DNA from: Neocallimastix sp. 'constans'
Lineage: Eukaryota
Assembly (NCBI GenBank): GCA_050613775.1
Contig: JBODTK010000138.1
Span: 1 to 64,000, forward strand
Length of the DNA stretch: 64,000 nt
Reading direction: 5' to 3'
Under the pieces are notes generated by a model. The model saw only the letters and a program-made list of their open reading frames with translations. It made no database searches and had not been told where the DNA came from. The position numbers and the translations under genes were made by a program. Shown here piece by piece: positions 57,420-64,000 of the stretch; within the stretch, counting starts at the first letter, position 1, and each line of letters opens with the position of its first letter.

Positions 57420-57629
57420 ATAATAAAATAAAATAAAAAATAACTTTTTATTTTAAATTTTTTTAATTTTATTTTATTTTATTTTTTATTTTATTTTTTA
57501 TTTTTTATTTCATTTTTTATTTATTTTTTATTATATATATATTATATGTTCTATTTTATTTTTTCTTCTTCTTCTTTTTTCTTAAAAGTGATTTATTTTA
57601 TTTATTAAGAAACAAAATAAAAACAAAAC

Positions 57630-57664
<35 letters not shown>

Positions 57665-57919
57665 TATAATTTTTTTTGTTTTTTTTGTTTTTTTTGTTTT
57701 TTATTACTACGTATATTTTATAAAAATTATATAATATATGCATGTAACATAAATAATGTATTCAATAAAATATATATATATATATTTTACTTAAAATAAA
57801 TAAATAAATAAATTTAAAAAAAAAAAAAAAAAATTGTTAAAATTAAGTAAAAATTAAGTAAAATTTTAGTTAAATATTATTATTATAATTTTTTTTATTT
57901 TATTTTATTTTATTTTATT

Positions 57920-58250
57920 TCTTGTGTTTTCCACCCTTTGATTTCAATCCCCCTCCCTTCAGGAGCTGTGGGAATATTGAGGGGAGTTACACACACTTCC
58001 ATAGAGGCAGGCAAAAAAATTTCCCTGCCTTTTTTTTTTTTACTGAGTATTCCGTAATTGGCGATCTAACACGCATAGGATTACTGAAAATTTTTCTTAT
58101 ACTCCTTTTTTTTTTTTTTTTTTTTTAAGGAAGTGCATCTTCTCCAGTTCCTAACTTCCCTTTTTGAAGCGAGGTCAGTACAACCTAATCCATAGAGATA
58201 TGATTTAACTAGACTTTCTGAAATGGGTTGTATTTCAGAACATGGCTTAT
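57920..58250. other. GC-richer non-coding island with hairpins (TE remnant or ncRNA)
   Basis: Stems AGGCAGG/CCTGCCT (58005-58030) followed by a T-run, and TTCTGAAAT/ATTTCAGAA (58216-58240). Confidence 0.4.
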
Positions 58251-59049
58251 AAATAAAATTTTTAATTCGTAATTTAACGACCCAAAATTTTATTTTTATT
58301 TTTATTATTATTATTATTATTTTTTTTTTTAAATAATTGTATTATAAATAAATAAATAAATAAATAAAAATTTTCTCATAAACACATTATTTAATTTTTT
58401 TTTTTTTTTTTTATAAAAAAAAAAAAAAAAAAAAAAGAAAAACAAATATAAATAAATAATCAATAAAATAAATATTAAAAATTTAAATTAAATTAAATAA
58501 ATAAATAAATAAATAATAAATTATAAAAAAAAAAAAAAAAAATTAAATATATTTTATTTTTAACCATCAAAAAATGGAAAAAAAAAATTGAATAAAAAAG
58601 TGAAACAAATAGAAGAAAAAGAACAAATTATTATTAGAAATAAATAAATATAATTTATTTATATCTTTAAGAATTATTAATTATTATTCTTATTTTTTTT
58701 TTTATTATTTTAATAATAAATATTAAAATATATCATTAAAATTAAAAATATTATTCAATATTAATGAAGAAATATTTTAATATTTTATATTAAAATAATA
58801 ATAAAGTAATTTTATAAAACTTAAGCCACTTTTATGAAAACAATTTATATAATACGACACTTTATATATGAAATCACCTTCCGAAATACAACATTCCCAC
58901 TAGCTCGCTTGTCAAATGCATAAAGGTCAGAAAGCTTACAATTTTTAGTAGAATATATCTACATCTACATCATTAAAGTAGAACATATATATCTACATGG
59001 ACACATGAAATCATGTACTCATATGTTAGTAATTCCCTCATAAATATAT

Positions 59050-59290
59050 AGGTATAAAATGACAGAATTTTCGTGAACCTCTCTCTCAGGCCAACAGTCA
59101 GGATAATAAATAGATAGAGAGATAAGGGGAGAAATAGACTTATTCTGTAACCCTAACCACTACCATATTTCTTAAAAAAAAAAAATCTCTTGTAAAGGGA
59201 AAACCTGGAAGAAGGACATAGGGTAGGATCGAAACTGGGGGAGCCTTAGGTAGGCTAGCTCACTGAAATTGAAAGGTCACCCCTATTCAA
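59050..59290 (+). ncRNA. Candidate structured RNA containing a telomere-template-like motif
   Basis: TAACCCTAACC at 59148-59158, with several complementary segments around it. Identity unproven. Confidence 0.2.
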
Positions 59291-59353
59291 AAATTTAATA
59301 TCACATCATTTATTTTGAAGTTTTAAATATTAATTTAATATATAAAATCAAAT

Positions 59354-59385
<32 letters not shown>

Positions 59386-59619
59386 TATTAAAATTATTAT
59401 TTTTTTTTTCCTTTTCCTTTTATTTTTTTTTTATTTTTATTTTTATTTTTACTTTCATTTTTTTTTACTTATTATTATTAATATAGTGTTTCATATTATT
59501 ATATAAATGCTATTATAATTATTTTTACATAAATATTTAAGTAATAATATAAACAAACAAAATAAACAATAAACATAAAAAAAAAATTAATCATTATAAT
59601 GTTTTTTCTGTTTTATTTA

Positions 59620-60235
59620 TTAAATTACTGTTAATTTATTATCCATGTTAACACTACTCTTCATATAAAGAAGAGTAAATGGATGAGTAAAGGCTACTAT
59701 AGCTCTCATTCCTGTAAAAGTTAAAACAAATATGTTACAACTCTCTGTTCTCTTTAATGGAATTTCAATAAATGAATTATCCTTAGAATGCACGGAAATT
59801 ATATCAATATTACTGTTAAGAACAGTGCCTAAATCTGGGTTTTCCCAATAATTTATTTTGGATTTAATCAAGGAGAAATGAATAGAAATATTATGTTTGT
59901 TATAAAAATCAAATATTTCTTTAAAGGAAATAGGAAATATTACTTTTCCTCGGGATAACATTTCATCATTGTAGGTCAAACGGGCTATGTTGTTAATTTC
60001 CCAAAATTTCTTTTGTGAATTAAATCGATCAATAAACGTTTCTGTATCCTTATCTACATTAGAAAACGTAAAATCAGGTGGCATTAAATGTACTATATGA
60101 CAAGAATTCAGCGCTTCTTCTAAATCATTCCAATAATTACTTATATCATTACTTGTTAATTTTTTAGCATTCCTCTTTTTAGCCTTGTTTCTTCTTTTTT
60201 TTTTTCTTATTATTTATTGTTCTTGCGGTATTCAT
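59620..60235 (-). CDS. Hypothetical protein (about 204 aa) with a 1-nt frameshift in an A11 run
   Basis: The frame upstream of the 154-aa ORF stays open to the A-run at 60195-60205. Removing one A joins it to ATG 60235 (MNTARTINNKKKKRRNKAKKRNAKK...). Confidence 0.6.
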
Positions 60236-61137
60236 TGAAATTTTTTTTTTTTTTTTAAAAAAAAAAAGGTCTTACAATCTTTTAGATATTATTATTATTA
60301 TTATTTTTATTAATTATTAATTCATATATATATGTATATATATATTTTATTTTATTTTATTTTTATTTATTTCTTAAAGTGATTAATTTTCATTTCTTTT
60401 ATATTTTTTTTTAAAAAATTCTTTTAATGTAAAATGGCCACTTTTTCCTATTTAAATTTTTCGATAAAAAAAAAAAAAGTTTAATTAGTATAAAAATGTA
60501 TTATTTATAAATTAGGCATTTTCAATTAGTATAATACAGACTTTTAATGGACATTGAATATTCACTATTTATTTAAATTTCTATCTAAAAAAATTTTTTT
60601 TTATTGTCATAAAAAAGAGGATACTTACATTATCAATTATAGAAAATTAATCAAAGAGAATTATTAAAAAAAAAAAAAAAAAAAAAAAAATTAATTGTGA
60701 TTTATATCTAAATCCTATAATAAAATACATTTAAATTCATATAATAATAATTAAATAATAATAATAATGTAATAATGTAATATTGTACAAAATTTATATT
60801 TGTTAATAATGTAAAGTTAAATTTTTTTTTTTTTTTTTTTTGATGAAAAATATATATTTAATATTTTTAGAAGTAAAATTAACAAATAATGGTGAACATG
60901 ACTGCTTGTTATAATTTTTAAATATATTTGTACTACTTTTTTATAAAAAAAAATATAAAAAAATTTCCCCCATACAATTCAATATATATATATATTATAT
61001 AATATATATAATATTTTTTTTTTTTAATCCAATTTTTATAAAATTTTCATTTAATTAAATTTAAATCATATAATAAATATTCCTAGAACAAGAAAGAATA
61101 AATTATATATAAAATATATCTAAAAATATATTAAATA

Positions 61138-61171
<34 letters not shown>

Positions 61172-62096
61172 TTTCTGTATTTTAATAAATATTTTATATA
61201 ATTATTTAAATATAAAATTTTGTACATATCTAAATAAACTAAATAAATGGTTTTTTACATAAAAAATTAAAAATGACAGGTTGTCAATATTGATTTCTTC
61301 TTAATTATTTTTATTTTATTTTATTATATATATATATATATTTTGTTAAATATTAGTAAATAAAATAATAAATTATATTTTAATTTTGTTTACAAATATT
61401 TATAGTCTTTAAAATTAATATTATTATTATTAATGCATTACTTTTTTTTTTTTTTATATTTTCTTATTTCTTTTTTTTTTTTTATGATTTTTTACTAAAG
61501 TGTAATAATTAAATAATATTTAATTATTTAATTATAAATATATATATATATATATATGCATTCATTAGAGATATTGAATGATAAATATTAAAATTATTAA
61601 ATTTATATAATAAAAATATGCTTTATTAATAAAGAAAAGTAAAATTATTAAACATTATGAAAAGTAAAGAAATTAATATGATATATATATAAAACTAATA
61701 TCAAAATAAAATTTTAAGTTTACAAACTTTAAGTTTACTACTATATTACAAATTTTTTTTTAAATGAAATAGTAAACTTTATATTTATGTCATTGTATAA
61801 AAAAAAAAAAAAATATTATTATTAAATTTTAATATATTTTATTAAACAAATGTTCATAATTACTTTTTTGTTTTATTTATTATTTTATTTTATTTTATGT
61901 TATTTTATTTTATTTATTTTTATGATTTTATAAATATAAAAGTAATTATTGTCCTTTTTCATGAACTAAATAATTCTTTATCATGATGATATATATCTGT
62001 TATGACTGTATTTTAGTTTTAAGTTTAATTTTTTTTTCTTTTAATTAAAATTTTTAAAGTTTTAAATTTGATTCCATACAATTCTGAATTATTAAA

Positions 62097-62133
<37 letters not shown>

Positions 62134-62479
62134 TATTATTATTATTATTGTTGTTATTATTGTCATTATTTTTTTGTTTTTTATTTTTTCCTTTCTTTAT
62201 TTTTCTATTAATTATTTAATTATTATATTATTTTATTTTATTTTATTTCGCTTTTTTAACTTCTGAAAGATATAATTTTCATTGTTTTTTTTTTTTTTAC
62301 TTTTTTAAGACTTCATATTTAATGCAATCATAAAAAATAAAAAGAAAATAAAAATAAAAGAAGAAAAAAAAAAAAAATATATAGATTTATATATATATAT
62401 ATTTAATAGATATTAATCATAAAATAATTATGATTAAATTTAGTCTAATTTATTAGTTTAAAATATATAAAATTAGAAT

Positions 62480-62520
<41 letters not shown>

Positions 62521-62589
62521 CATTTAAAATATTAACTATAAAAAAAAAGTAATTAAGAGTAAAAAAAAAAAAAAAAAAACGTTATAATA

Positions 62590-64000
62590 ATGAAAGGACT
62601 TAAATTAAGAATAAGGATAAGAAGAAAATATGTATATTTTTCTATCATACTCTCTCTCATTTTATATTTTACTTTTTCTTCAAAATTAGGTTCCTATAAA
62701 AATGACATTCCCAACACGATTAAAACTGAAAAAAAGGAAGAAGATCCAATGATAATCAATGAGGATGAAAAATTTCAATTGGATAATAAATTGGTGAATC
62801 TCTTATTAAATGATACCATTAAAATTAAAAATGGAAACGAAAAAATTAATAGTATGGTTAAAAAAATGATATTGGATATGATGGAAAAACCATTAGCAGC
62901 AGATGATTTTGAGGAATTGAGAAAGAGAGAAGAATTTCATACCACTTTATGGAATATGGAATTTGGACAGCTAAATTTAAAGGAAGATCCTACTGAATTA
63001 ACTAAATATAAGAGGAAACTCCTTGAAGAATCTTCATTTCTTTCACAGAAACATAAAAATGATTTAGATGGAAATAAGAAAACATTATCCATTCTTCATC
63101 AATCCTTATACCCATGGCTTTATGGCTACCGTTATCATTCCTTCAGTGATATCATATCTTCCTCTAATGGAAGAGGAATCGTGTTATGTACCGGAAATCA
63201 TCATTTTAAGTATGCCAGAAGTACTATAGATATCATTCGTCATATACTGAATTCAGAACTTCCAATAGAAGTATTCTATTATGGTGAAGCCGATTTATCA
63301 ACAAGAAATCGTGAAATTCTTAAAGGGTATGAGAATGTATATCTCTCAGATATTACGACTTACTTCGATAATTCCATTGTGGATATCTCTAGTTGGGCTA
63401 TTAAACCGTTTTCTATTTTGGCATCTCGTTTTGAAGAGGTTATTTTAATGGATGCCGATGCCTTGTACCTACGCGATCCTATTGAACTTTTTAAAGAGCG
63501 AGGCTATCAAGAGAAGGGAACCCTATTTTTCAGAGATCGTACTCTTTTCCCAGGAGCCAATGCCGCCTCTAAATGGCTAAAATCATGGATGGTCAATCCA
63601 TTACCCGAAACTCAGGAGTTACGATTTTGGAAGGAACGAACGGAACATGAAATGGATTCCAGTACGGTGGTGATCCACAAAACGAAAACGATCTTAGGGC
63701 TACTAAATGTATGTAAGTTAAATGAACGAGTCATTCGACAAGATGTGGTTTATCGAAAAGTATATGGTGATAAGGAAACCTTTTGGATTGGATTTGACAT
63801 GGCACGTCAGCCCTACTATATGAGTAAGAAACCGTGTGCCTTTGCAGGAGAAATTGTAGATGAAAGTTCCAGTTCCAATTCAGAAGATAAGAAGCTGTGT
63901 GGACATACCGCACACACCTTAGAAAATGGAAAATTAATTTTTTGGAATGGTCATTTAATTAAAGATAAAAATATTGGCATGTATGCCAATGAATTAATAA
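62590..64000 (+). CDS. GT71 alpha-mannosyltransferase (Mnn1/Mnn2-like family), 3' end beyond window
   Basis: Open frame from ATG 62590 with a signal anchor and motifs GRGIV, LPIEVFY, WAIKPFSILASRFEEVILMDAD, GTLFFRDR, EMDS, YGDKETFW. Confidence 0.93.
   Translation, partial: MKGLKLRIRIRRKYVYFSIILSLILYFTFSSKLGSYKNDIPNTIKTEKKEEDPMIINEDEKFQLDNKLVNLLLNDTIKIKNGNEKINSMVKKMILDMMEKPLAADDFEELRKREEFHTTLWNMEFGQLNLKEDPTELTKYKRKLLEESSFLSQKHKNDLDGNKKTLSILHQSLYPWLYGYRYHSFSDIISSSNGRGIVLCTGNHHFKYARSTIDIIRHILNSELPIEVFYYGEADLSTRNREILKGYENVYLSDITTYFDNSIVDISSWAIKPFSILASRFEEVILMDADALYLRDPIELFKERGYQEKGTLFFRDRTLFPGANAASKWLKSWMVNPLPETQELRFWKERTEHEMDSSTVVIHKTKTILGLLNVCKLNERVIRQDVVYRKVYGDKETFWIGFDMARQPYYMSKKPCAFAGEIVDESSSSNSEDKKLCGHTAHTLENGKLIFWNGHLIKDKNIGMYANELI

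Noticed and set aside
58234..58250. CAGAACATGGCTTAT resembling the RNase P RNA 3' conserved motif
   Set aside because: No matching upstream P4 strand (AAGTCCATG) found, and the word belongs to the recurring aagccat motif.

Overview
Very AT-rich, intron-containing eukaryotic DNA with long homopolymers and microsatellites. Composition and gene content (a solute-binding-protein/class C GPCR fusion, Asn-rich proteins) point to an anaerobic gut fungus (Neocallimastigomycota); this is an inference. Apparently intact genes: a 4-exon kinase-less Mad3/Bub1 checkpoint gene, a 2-exon SBP-GPCR, a Cys-rich single-pass membrane protein, an intronless GT-B-like glycosyltransferase, a 4-exon membrane-anchored P-loop NTPase and a GT71 mannosyltransferase running off the right end. 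There is also a small orphan ORF broken by a poly(A) indel. The window carries a young full-length single-ORF APE-RT non-LTR retrotransposon (13-bp TSD, poly(A) tail), several short poly(A)-tailed or decayed retroelements, an LTR-like relic and a MITE-like palindrome. Three intact genes have decayed local duplicates. The most speculative signal is a structured GC island at about 59.05-59.29 kb with a TAACCCTAACC template-like motif directly after a possible boundary helix (telomerase RNA candidate). All calls were made by eye; no alignments, folding or database searches were run.
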